From NCBI GenBank assembly GCA_965112155.1, contig OZ218115.1: a stretch of DNA of 64,000 nt; one strand, written 5' to 3'. Shown here in pieces: positions 1 through 11,100 of the stretch; the first letter of the stretch is position 1; the number at the start of each line of letters is the position of its first letter. The position numbers were made by a program, and so were the translations under genes. The notes beneath the pieces were generated by a model that had not been told where the DNA came from, made no database searches, and saw only the letters and a list, made by a program, of their open reading frames with translations. This DNA is from Podarcis liolepis. Its lineage: Eukaryota.

Positions 1-758
1 TGAAGTCCATTGTGATGTCTGCAAGGAAATGGTCATATCCCAATACTGTACCGTACAAGCTTCGTCTCTCAGAAAATCCCCTGGGCTCAAGTTCTACAAG
101 TTCTACAGTGAAATAGGCTACTGAACTTGCCTCCAGTTAGATGTTGAACTTGTATGAACAGGACAGTAATTTTTATTGTTATTTTTGTGTTTGTTTGTTT
201 TAATGTTTCTGTGGTCCAGCGCAAGCGGACCGTCCTGCATTTCCATGATACGCAGGGCCTTTCTCTTGACAGCCATGCATGTAAGGACACACCTTGGGGA
301 ACAAACCCTGCTTGCATCAACAAGTTCCACCTCAGAAGCAGTTGCATCTCAACAAGGGGTTGGCTCTTGGGGACACACATATAAAAGCCCTCAGAGAGGA
401 TAGTATCAGGAGAGGAATCCCCTTATAAACAGCTGTGCATTGCACTAGCTGCTCCTTCTCCTGCTGTTCATCAACCCTGGCCTGTCACAATGAATCAAAG
501 AATCAATTTACCTCCTGACTCCCTCCATGCCTAGAATCATTTATGAGACGTCGCAGGGACCCCCGCGGCAAGCATTGCTGTAACAAATGGGGGCCCTTTC
601 TCTTCACTTACCCCTTCTAATCCCTGACTTGTTTCTCCTCCGTTCCCAGAGCGGTGGTAGGGAGAAGGATTCCCGATTCCCAGGGGGGGGGGGGAAACTA
701 GGCGCTATTTCACCCTGGTCAAAGACCCAGTTTGGCACATGCCCATGTGCATTTGCGT

Positions 759-782
759 ACACACACACACACAGACAGACAG

Positions 783-816
<34 letters not shown>

Positions 817-825
817 ACGCACACA
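759..825. repeat. (AC)n compound microsatellite
   Basis: Direct inspection. Confidence 0.95.
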
Positions 826-1486
826 GGCTGAGAGCCTCAATGGCACTCCTCTGGAGGCTTCACTAGGGGCAAAACACCCCAGCTAGCTCTCTCTCTCTCT
901 CTCCCCCCCCCCCCCGTAGCTACATCTCTCCTTGCCCCCTCCCTACATTTAGGCACTGGATGGATCACAGAAGTAGTCATTCTGACCTGGCCAGCAAGTT
1001 GGGAAGGTGACAGGCGCTTCCACACCCCACACCCCCGCTTGTAATCTGTCCCCAGCTAGTCATCTGTCATGTGTTGCACCTGAGGTATTCCATCCATAGC
1101 TAGCATGGCTAATTTATACACACTGCTAGGCCCATGCTCTATAAATTTGTCTATCTGTTAAAAACAACAACCTCCTTATGCTTGTGGCCATCACATTATA
1201 CTGATGTATTTTTAAGTAACTCAACTCAGTGGCAGGCTCTGGAAAGGACTTTATCAATGGGAAGATGGGTTAATGCTGATGGGCGGAAGGTGGGTGAAGT
1301 GAAGGGTGAGAACAACGGGACTGGATCTTCTCTACTCTAAGGCCACTAGTTGTCAATATCTCACCTCCATTTGCTACTGCAGATGCTAAGCCCTCTTGGT
1401 AGCAGCACCATGCTTCTAAGCATACTATTGGGGCTAATCAAATATTTACTACTAGTGGTGCATGCTATTAACTTACTACTGGGATT

Positions 1487-1770
1487 AATAATAATAATAA
1501 TAATTTCTTATTTGTACCCAACCCACCCGGCTGGGTTTCCCCAGCCACTCTGGGCAGCTTCCAACAAAGACCAAAAATACCCTAAAATGTCACACATTAA
1601 AAACTTCCCTGAACAGGGCTGCCTTCAGATGTCTTCTGAATGTCAAGTAGTTATTTATCTCTTTGACATCTGGTGGGAGGGCATTCCACAGGGCGGGCGC
1701 CACTACCGAGAAGGCCCTCTGTCTGGTTCCCTGTAACCTCACTTCTCGCAATGAGGGAACCGCCAGAAGG
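1487..1770 (-). mobile_element. L2-clade LINE 3' end
   Basis: Reverse complement resembles 20320-20550; (TAA)n tail. Confidence 0.75.
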
Positions 1771-2158
1771 TGCCTGGCACACTCTTGGAACTAATAAAAT
1801 GTTTACTAATAGTTGTGTAGGAAAATGGTAATGCATACTATTGGCACTAATTAAAAATGTTTACTAGTAGGATAAGATAGTAGTAGTACATCTATTAGTA
1901 CATCTGTTATGTTATCTGCAAACCTTGAGTCGCAATCTGGGGGAAAGGTAGAAACAACAACATACTACTGAGGCAAAGTATGTTAAAATGGTAGGGTAGG
2001 ATGGTAGCAGTACAGTACATCTATTACCACACTACTGAAGCTAAACAAAGGTTTAGTAGTAGTGTAGTAAACAGACTTAGCCTTTGTAGTATGTTATTTG
2101 CTGTAGAAAACGTAACAGTAACAGAGAGTAGCAATAGAAGGAGATGACTTGATGACTT

Positions 2159-2233
2159 CATAGAATCATAGAATTTTAGAGTTGGAAGGGACCAGGAGGG
2201 TCATCTAGTCCAACCCCCCGCAATACAGGAATC
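2159..2233 (-). mobile_element. CR1 LINE 3' terminus
   Basis: CATAGAATCATAGAA...GAGTTGGAAGGGACC...GGTCATCTAGTCCAACCC. Confidence 0.8.
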
Positions 2234-2484
2234 CTCTGCCCTACGTGGTGCTTGAACCTAGGACCCTGAGTTCCTCCACCGCCAAGGAGCCGTACTTACC
2301 GCACGCCATGCCTAGTGGTCAGTCCCTGGCCTCTTTGCCCATCTGCCTTTCTGACGTTTCTCTCCTGTGTTAAATAACAACATTATATCTGATAGCAGGC
2401 TCTCTAGAGGTGGGTGACTGGAAAAATGGACGACGTGGTGGCGGCGGGCCAGATTCTGCCTGGGCATATCCCTTAAGCCTAAGG

Positions 2485-2718
2485 CGCGTGTAGGCAGCCA
2501 AAGGCCCGTGGGCCGGATCCAGCCCAATCACCTTCTAAATCTGGCCCGGGGACCGTCCAGGAATCAGCGTGTTTTTACATGTGTGCTTTTATTTAAAATG
2601 CACCTCTGGGTTATTTGTGGGGCATAGGAATTCGTTCGTCCCCGTCCCCCCCAATATGGTCCCCAAGGTCTGAGGGACGGTGGACCGGCCCCCTGCTGAC
2701 AAAGTGTGCTGCCCGCTG
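2485..2718. mobile_element. hAT-Charlie (OC1-like) non-autonomous element at the edge of the PDZD4 CpG island
   Basis: GGCCCGTGGGCCGGATCC near the left end and GGTCTGAGGGACGGTGGACCGGCCCCCTG near the right end resemble recalled Charlie/OC1 termini; TSD not resolved. Confidence 0.6.
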
Positions 2719-3450
2719 CGTTCAGGGGCGCGGAGCAGGGGCGTCTGGGGGCAGAAGGTTGAACGAGAGCGGAGAGATGCTCTGGCGGGGAAGGATCGAC
2801 GAGGGAGATGCGGGACCGAGGGGGCTGTGCCCGGTGGGGGCCAAGGAAGCGCGGCCGAGAGCGACTGGGGCGGGCTCGGAGTCGCCTCCCCTCGCCTCCT
2901 CGCCCCCTCCCCGAAGTCATCCATATTTATCAGGCGGCGGCGGCGGCGGCGCGTCCCCCTCCCCTCCCCTCCCCCTGGTAATCGGAGCGAGGCAGAGCAG
3001 ACGGCGGACGGGCGCGCGCGCTTCTCCGCGGCAGAGACCGCCGCTCCTCCGGGAGGGGACCCCGGCTGACCCCCAGCGAAGCGGGGCAGGCCGACCTCCC
3101 AGCACCGCGCCCCCCCCCACGCCGCCGCCGCCGCCATGCCCCCCGGGGGTTGAATGGGGCGCAGCGAGCGGAGGGCACCCCCAGCCTCCCTGCCCAGGGC
3201 TATGCCAGGGTGGTGGGGGGGCCGGGAGAGCGAGCGCCCCGCGCCCCCCACCTGTAGGGTCCCCATGAGCTGACCCTCCTCCCGAATTGCGAGCCGCCCC
3301 CCCCCCCGGTGCCGCCCCCTCCCGCGGCCTCGCCATGGGATGTAACATGTGTGTGGTGGAGAAGCCTGAGGAACAATATAGGGTCATGCTGCAGGTAAGG
3401 GGGACCTCGCGGGGGGGGGGGGGAGAAGAGAAGAGACTTGGGGTTGGGGG
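2700..3450. promoter_or_regulatory. CpG island / PDZD4 promoter and 5'UTR
   Basis: Very GC- and CpG-rich, with GC boxes, (GGC)n at ~2933-2950 and (GCC)n at 3121-3135, immediately upstream of the ATG. Confidence 0.85.
3335..3394 (+). CDS. PDZD4: PDZD4 coding exon 1 ([20 protein letters not shown])
   Basis: Kozak cgccATGg; donor CAG|gtaagg; lies in the CpG island. Confidence 0.93.
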
Positions 3451-6400
3451 GTGACCGGCGGGCAGCCCTTCTGGGAGGGGAATGGGGTTGGTTGCATGTG
3501 GGGTAGGGCGGGGGCGAGAAGGGGTTGCCTATGGGGGCGCGTTTGTGGTAGTTGTGGGGATAAAAGGGGGCTGGGGCTCCGGGGGGTTGTCTGGGGACAA
3601 GGAAGGCTGGGCAAGGCTGGCGAGAGTTTCCAGGGGTTCCTGGATGGTGGGGTTCGGTGGGGCGGGGTGGGGTGAGGTGACTATCCTGGACGTGAGAAAG
3701 AGCCCTTTGCATGTAAGGGAGGAAAAGGGGTGGGGAATGGGGGGGCACTGTGGAAAGAGAAGGCGGCCTGGAATTATTGGAGGGGGGCACATCAGGGAAG
3801 GAATCCCTGATTTTCTGGGGAGGAGGTTCTGTGGCATTGGAGGGGGGTGATGCTGCAGTGGGGGAGGGGAGCAGGTAGGGGGAGGTTGCCTAGCAACTGG
3901 TCCTTCTCCAACTCCCCCCCCCCCATTTTCCCATGCCACACAGTGCCTGAAATAATGGGGAGGGGGCTTCTGTGAAAGAGAAGAAAGAGGAATTGGGAGG
4001 AATGGCAAAGGGCCGCTGAGGTGGAAGCAAAGGATGGGGAAGGGTCTGAGAGGGAATGGGACAGACTCACATGAAGCAGGCATTCATTCACCACCAGCCC
4101 CAGCCCCCCCCCCATCCAGCCAGCCAGCCATTCATCTCCACTCACTTTCCATCCCAGTCCTTGTATGGTTCTGCATCTGCTTAACCCGCCTGCCCTTTCT
4201 CTGCCTGTTCAGGTATCTATTTTCAGACTCTCTCCCTTCTTTTTGTCTGCGTCAGCCCGGGTTCATTCATATCTTTCTTTTCTGCTCACTCTCTCCCCCA
4301 CCTCCCCTCTCTACTCATTTATATATTCCATGCATCCTGGTCTCCCCCTCCCCTCCCCAGATTACAGGTACAAAGGCACCTTCCCACATCCCCAACTTGG
4401 TCCTGTCAGATCTGTTGGTTGAGGCTCTGGAACTCAGGGCAGCAGAGGAAGCCTTGAGGTAGAATGAAGGTGGTGTGTCTAGGCTCAGGAGTAGCCAACA
4501 TGGTGCCCCCCAGATGCAATCTCTCTCTCTCTCTCCCCCCCCCCCTTTCTGTGTGCGTGGACATCAGTATATTTGCCAGTGTGCATTGTACTGGCTATCG
4601 GATATAACTGTAGGTTTACATGTTCTTGTTTGCACAGTAAAGAGACAGTATATTTTCTTTTTGGCTTGCTTTTTAAATCTCTTCCCTTGGCGTTTATTCA
4701 TAGACAGGCAGTGTACAAGTGGCAAATAAGCCTGCCATGTGTAGTGAGAGAAATGACCCCAAAGTTATGGTTTATGCTGTATAGGTGCTCATAACATCTT
4801 CGCCTACTATCCTGACACCCCTCCTACTTATATATATAGGCAATGCCATGTATATCTGCATCTTCAGTAATACATATATTTACATACACAGAGAAAGCAT
4901 TCATGTTTGGGTCTTCTAGACAACGGCGTAATATTGTAAATGAGTCTTTCAGATATTGCAAATGGGTTGTTGGGAACAGGTTGTTTTTTTAAAGTACCAG
5001 ATTTCTGGACCAAAGTAGGGAGGGAATTACCAGCTGGCATTTTGATGACAAAGACATCGTGGAGACATTGTGGAGAAAATGCATGCACGAGGAGCCCCCA
5101 TCCCACATTAAACATCCATCTCTGGAAGCACCCATCCTTTCCTTTGGGCTGTTACTTGAACATTGCAACCAGTAATCTAGCAAAGAGGATCCTGTTGTGT
5201 TGTCTAAGGAAAATGGGAGGTGACTGCTTTAACGGTGTTTGCCTTCAAAGTTTCCTCTTCTTTTGAGCCATGTCAAATAAGTGTCTTCTTTTTGCCCTGG
5301 CAGTCTTTGTATTTAGTCTACCTGTGTGCAAGGTCTACTTTGAAGGGATGTGTGTGTTCTTTCATAATTCCAGTTCAGTTTTTAATAGTGGGAACCAGAT
5401 TTCCTTCCAATAGGGAAGGTCAGATTAGCTAATGGTCTCATTATAATATTTTAAAGCAGGGATGAGGAACCTGTGGTCCTCCAGATGTTGCTGGACAACA
5501 TCTTCTGTAATCCCTGATCCCTGGGCATCCTGGCTGGGGCTGATGGAAGATTGACAATATCTGGAGGACCAAAGGTTCCACTCCTCTGTTTTACAGAGAA
5601 GGGCCAATATTGTTATGAACTAAGCTTCTGGTTCCAAAATGTACTTACTGTATTACCAGACTGAGATAACCGGAAGTCATTCCTTTCTTTGTCTCTTTAT
5701 AACAAAACTAACTGAGTGTGCATCACTATGTAAGAGGAATGGGGAGAGGCTGAGCCTTGTCACATGAGAGGTGCACAGGGGTTCTTGCTGTTTCCCACCC
5801 CATCTAACTTCATCAGAAGCCCTGTCTTTCAGGCTGAGTTTCCAACAAGTGGAGGGGACAGACCTGGAGAACTCAGGCTTCTTCTGCACCTCTGCTTTGC
5901 ATTGCCTCATCTCTTGGTCACTTTGGAGAATGGCCAGGGGCCATTTATTTACCTACCTGCCCTGCCCTTTATCACAAGTGATTCCAATACTAGCTACAAT
6001 AATCTCTCTCTGTGTATATATATTGTCCAGTTTAAATGGTTTTGAGTTTTCTTTGGTGGTATGCATGCTAATTCTTCCAAGCTAAGCTGTAAGCATAGTT
6101 ATTAAAATTTCTCAATAGCAGTTAAAGATTCATTTTGGAAATGAGGCTCTAGATTAAAATTTCTGCCATCAGGAACCTTTTCAGAAAACCTTTGCTGATT
6201 CATATTCTTATGGCTTCATTTACTAGAGTTTGCTTACATATTCAGTCTAGTGTACAGGAAATCAAGGAAGCTCAAAAGTAGAAATGCATTGACTAGACAG
6301 ATTTTTGCTTATTTAAACAAGCAAATTTTAGGAAGTTGAAGGATTTGGGGGGGGTTTGCTCCTGGCTGTGACAAATGTGGGTGATCAGAAATAATAAATA

Positions 6401-7686
6401 ACAAGTTTCATGGAGAGCCAAGTAATAAGTTCTGAAATACAATATTAGCGTTAAATTGTGAATTAATAATGGCTGGTTTTTAAGGGTTGCTTCACACATT
6501 CTTGTTTTAATGAAGACACTTTACCTATAGTAGCATATGCCATAGTTAATGGGTCAATTTCTCGCAGAAACTTAATTTATCACTTATAGATGAAACTTCC
6601 AAAGATCACCAACTAACGTGTCCAAGAACTTCATTGTGAAATATTCTTACGATTATGAGGAATTTCTAATGTCAAGTGACATTTGCCAGTTTTTATAACT
6701 TTCCATACTGTGTATGAGTAGACCATTCGTAAATGCTTTACAACTCTATCTTTGCCTTGTGAGGAAAGTGGTTGTTGTTCCTGTTTGACAAATGAGGGAC
6801 AAAGGCTGTAGGATAGTGAGTAACTTACTCATGGCAAAGACAGATCTGGAACGCAGGTTTTCCAGGTTCATCCTGGGCTCTGACACCAGGCAAGATGCTT
6901 CTTACACTTTGGAGTCCTGGGCAGTGGCGTAGCGTGGGGGGTGCACCGGGCGCAACATCTGGGGGTTAGGGTTACGGGGCGCAAATCCATGGGTTAGGGG
7001 GCGCAAATTACTTGCCTTGCCCCGGGTGCTGACAACCCATGCTACGCCACTGGTCCTGGGATTTGGGAATTGTTCCTGTCAAGTTCACAGGTCATTTGTT
7101 CTCAAAGTGCTAAGAGTGATCTGTGGGGCCATTGTGAAGGGGTGTGTTTTGAGACCCTCCCTGCCTGGGTTGATTCCACAGTGCCTGTTCACCACCTGCT
7201 AACAGCAGCATCAAGTGTAAGACTTCACATGCATGTCTGAGCAATCACAAACCAAGTATCGCAGCCATGGAGCTTTCATAGCACCTTGTACACATGGCTT
7301 TTTCTGTGGAGCCAATTCACGTAGTTGTCTGAGTCACGAAACATTGAGTAATCAAGTGGCGAGCCGCCAATGGACATACAAACAGGAGAACTGACTTCTG
7401 GTTTCCATCCGCATTCCAGGGGTTGATGAAATAGAATTGTGATCTTCTCATGCTCCTCCCAATCAATACGGGACATCACAGGAGAACCTGTGGCCTGCCA
7501 GGTGTTGTTGGACTCCCATCAGCCCAAGACAACATGACCCATGGCCAGAGATTATGGGAGTTGTAATCTAACAACACCTGGAAGGCTGCTGGTTAGTTAA
7601 TTCTGATCTTATTGATACTCCCTAGTTATAACCAGTGCTTTTTTTCAGTGCTTTTTTCAGGGGGTTCTCAAGGTTACCGGCATCTC

Positions 7687-7736
<50 letters not shown>

Positions 7737-8117
7737 AAAAGTGTGGCACTTACTGTAACAACTGCACAGTCAGTACTGGCACCTATTTCTTCTAGGAAAA
7801 AGGCACTGGTTATAACAGACACGGGGGTGGGAGTGGGCTGTGGATCCATATTTCTCATTGGTTGATGGTGGCTACCTACTGGCCAGCAGGGCTACCCTGT
7901 TTTATCTACTTTTGCTCTATGTTACCTTCCTTGTGCATCTTTAAAGCACACAATATGAATTTCTTGTGCTTCTTACCCTCAGATCCAGGATGTGTGAGCT
8001 TCAGTAGCTTACTTAATTTGGGAGTTTATAGCCACAAGATGATGGCCAGGTAGCTTTACAGCACTGGATTTGGGGTGGTACCAGCGGTTCTGCCGCACAG
8101 GATGCTGAACTGAGAGG

Positions 8118-8160
<43 letters not shown>

Positions 8161-11100
8161 TCAATATCAAAATCATACGGGTACCTACTGAGAAGATCCA
8201 TAAAAAGCAACTGTACCAAAATGAATTATTGTGAAAATAACAAATTTTGTACAAATTTTGGCCTCACTTGGGGCACCATGTTACCAAAGTCTACCCCTGA
8301 TGGCTTTTTAAAAAGGAGGCTTTAAAAACAGGTTATTAGAAGAGAGGCCTAGCAAATGGTTATTAGCTATGATAGCGAAATGTTCAGTCAGTATATTTTT
8401 GAATGCCAGGAATCAATGAGCGATGTTGCTTTCACACTCTGCTTTTGAGTTTCTCAGAGGCATTAGCTTAGCTCCATTTGAAGACTCAGATAAGCCTCCT
8501 GTCACCATTGTGACTTCAGGAGACTCACTAGGACAACTTTTGTCTAGTATGATGGTTGCCTGTCTCTGGTAAAGGAATTTTTGCAAATACTACAAGGCTG
8601 ACTGGTGATGTATTTTCCACAAAGGGCATACATATTGGTACTTGTGGCTTAAGAGTGTCATGGTCTGAGTAGAGGATTTAACTGCTTTATTGAGGATGTC
8701 ACAGAGAACTTCTCTGAAGTTGTTGCATAAAGAGATGTGATAGAGAAATGCCTGGTGCGTGGGTTCTCTGAGAAACTCAGTTGGATGAACACCTCGTACA
8801 AAAAGACCAAAGACAACAATGAAATCACATGCAAACTAGGTTAGACACAAAAGACCAAGCACACCTGTAGAAATGTACGTAAAGCAGGTGAGATATAAAC
8901 CTAGTGACATAAATACAGTATATGCCCTGTCTAAATATGAATAGTTACATAATCAGTGCCAGACACAAAGAGAAATGGACAAAACAGGGCATAGCTCCTT
9001 TTATCAGAAGTCGATGGGATGAAAACAGAACCATAAAAGTGTGTAAACACTGTTCCTCTTGCAATATTGGCTAAACTCTTCTGTGTCTCTGTGTGTGTAC
9101 ACATACACACATTGCTCACACCAAATAATTACTTTTCCAGACAGTTCCTTTGCAGACACTTTCTGTATGGACACCCACACACCAAGACCAGACAAAAACA
9201 GAGATCTAAATATAATACACAAACACACACCCCAATAGTAGTTACACATGCAAACAATGCCATATGTCCACAAAGTCACAACTGCTATGATTCCTGAGAT
9301 TTCATAGGTGCTACTCACATACAGGGTTACATTTCTACACTCCAGACCCAACCACATTTCACACAAAAATAATTAAACGCCTTTTCACCACCACCCCTCG
9401 CTTGCACGCTCTCTGCTGCAGTGGGACAAGGCTGCGCATTCTAACGCTGGTCACTAGCCAGAGATTCTTGCAGAAAGGGGAATGGGGGAGCTTTTGGTCA
9501 GAGCTAGGAGGAATCATAAAATATAAGAAGCGCCCAAGGCTTCAGAGAATACATTAGAGAGAAGGCTCTCCAGGAGGCTTATAGAGTCGGGATCTGGAGG
9601 GAGGGGGAGAGGCGGGGAGAGTTGCTGGAAAGGCAGTTTGGGAAAGATGAAGAAGAAAAGAAACACACAAAGGGAAGCTGTGGGAACCATCTGCTGAAGG
9701 CCTGAGGCTGGATCTCATTCCAGACCTGCCTGCAGGAATGTGATTAGCATTTGTTATAAATTCCTGCAGGGTCTTCCTGAGGCAGAGAACATCTTCCTCA
9801 TTCCCACCCACAGCCCTTCCCCAAACCACCAGTTTGGGGTCTTCGTTTCAAGCTTTTAAACATGCAGCCTCATTTCTCTACCTTATAGCCCTTTGGATTC
9901 CTCATCATCAGTTTACTGCTCCCGCCCCCCCCTTCTCAGTTATTTTCCACTCCGGCCCACAGCTCTCCCTCTCCAGTTCTGGGGGATGACCCTCCATTTG
10001 AAGAGGCAATCCATCTGCTGTCCTGGTGGCTCCCCCCACCCCATATTTCATAGTGGAAGAGGAAATGGGAATTAATGATACCCTTGACTTTGAGGAGAGG
10101 GAGTGGGGAGGAGATTTGCTCGGCTTTTGATCCCCTTTCCCCATATTTTCCTTCTCCCCAGCTGCAGATGCCTGTATCAATCACTCTAGTTTCCATGGCA
10201 ACTGCAGCTGCAGTGATGGAGAAAGAGAGGGAGACGCACACAAGACTGTGCAGCAAAAGGCAACGCAATACACAGAACTGCTCTGCAGATTGTATGAGGG
10301 CACACACTGTACAATGACGCACCTACAGATGCATCAACCCATGACGCATAATGAAGTGGTTCTTGTGTAGGTTCCCACAATAACTGTTGAGTTACGTGCA
10401 TGAGAGAGCATTGTGCATACAGGAAACTGGGCGTGTTGTCATGGACCTTTGGCGAGACAAAATGGACCACAAACTGCCAGGGTTTGGATTAGGTAAGGGT
10501 TTGACAGCCAGTATCAGATACTACCTAGTCCGGGGACAACCTGAATGACTTTATTTCCCCTTCAGGTTCCCATCTGGAAAAGAGGAGTGATAAAATGGAG
10601 ATTAAATAAATGTTTGAATGAGGGGTAGTGGAACATTTCATGATCTTTACGTACTTGTACTTGAGAGCATCAGGGATGTCTTGGGTATTTGCTTGTACTG
10701 AGGCAAATCACACAACTGTACAAGGGTGGTTTTTTTCTTCGGGTCTTTAATTATGTATCAGAAATTCAGCAGGTGAAATATTTCCTAAGCTTTAGACAGA
10801 AATGTTCAGAAATGATACACTGACTGAATTTCCTCTTATCTTGCTGCTGTTAAGAACTTAGGCACAATTCCAGAAATTTAAAAAGCTGGCAAGTATATCT
10901 AAAAGCATAGGTGATCCACTGTGCCATAGACTTAGGGTTGCGCATGCTATTGCCACAATTATTCTATGAGCTGAAGTACTTGGGCTTAGCTACATAATCA
11001 GCTAACCTGGGATAGCAACCCTCTACTTTGTTTTGGCCTCTAACTTGCTTCTATAATTGGGGGCACATCAGCAACTGAAGTGAGGTTAAAGGCAAGGATC

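Noticed and set aside
280-585. Possible solo LTR (TGTAA...TAACA, TATAAAA, followed by TGGGGGC resembling a tRNA-Pro primer-binding site)
   Set aside because: No TSD, only a 7-nt PBS match and no internal sequence.
2564-4145. Many long overlapping ORFs (e.g. 2589..3266, 2615..3268, 3200..3790)
   Set aside because: Low-complexity Pro/Gly/Arg translations caused by stop-codon scarcity in a CpG island; the real coding part is 3335..3394.
8500-8909. Possible LTR bounded by TGTCAC...GTGACA
   Set aside because: The flanks do not form a TSD and the boundaries are unsupported.
10441-10498. Alternative PDZD4 first coding exon (ATG...AG|gtaagg)
   Set aside because: It ends in phase 1 whereas exon 2 needs phase 0; a non-coding exon cannot be assessed from sequence alone.
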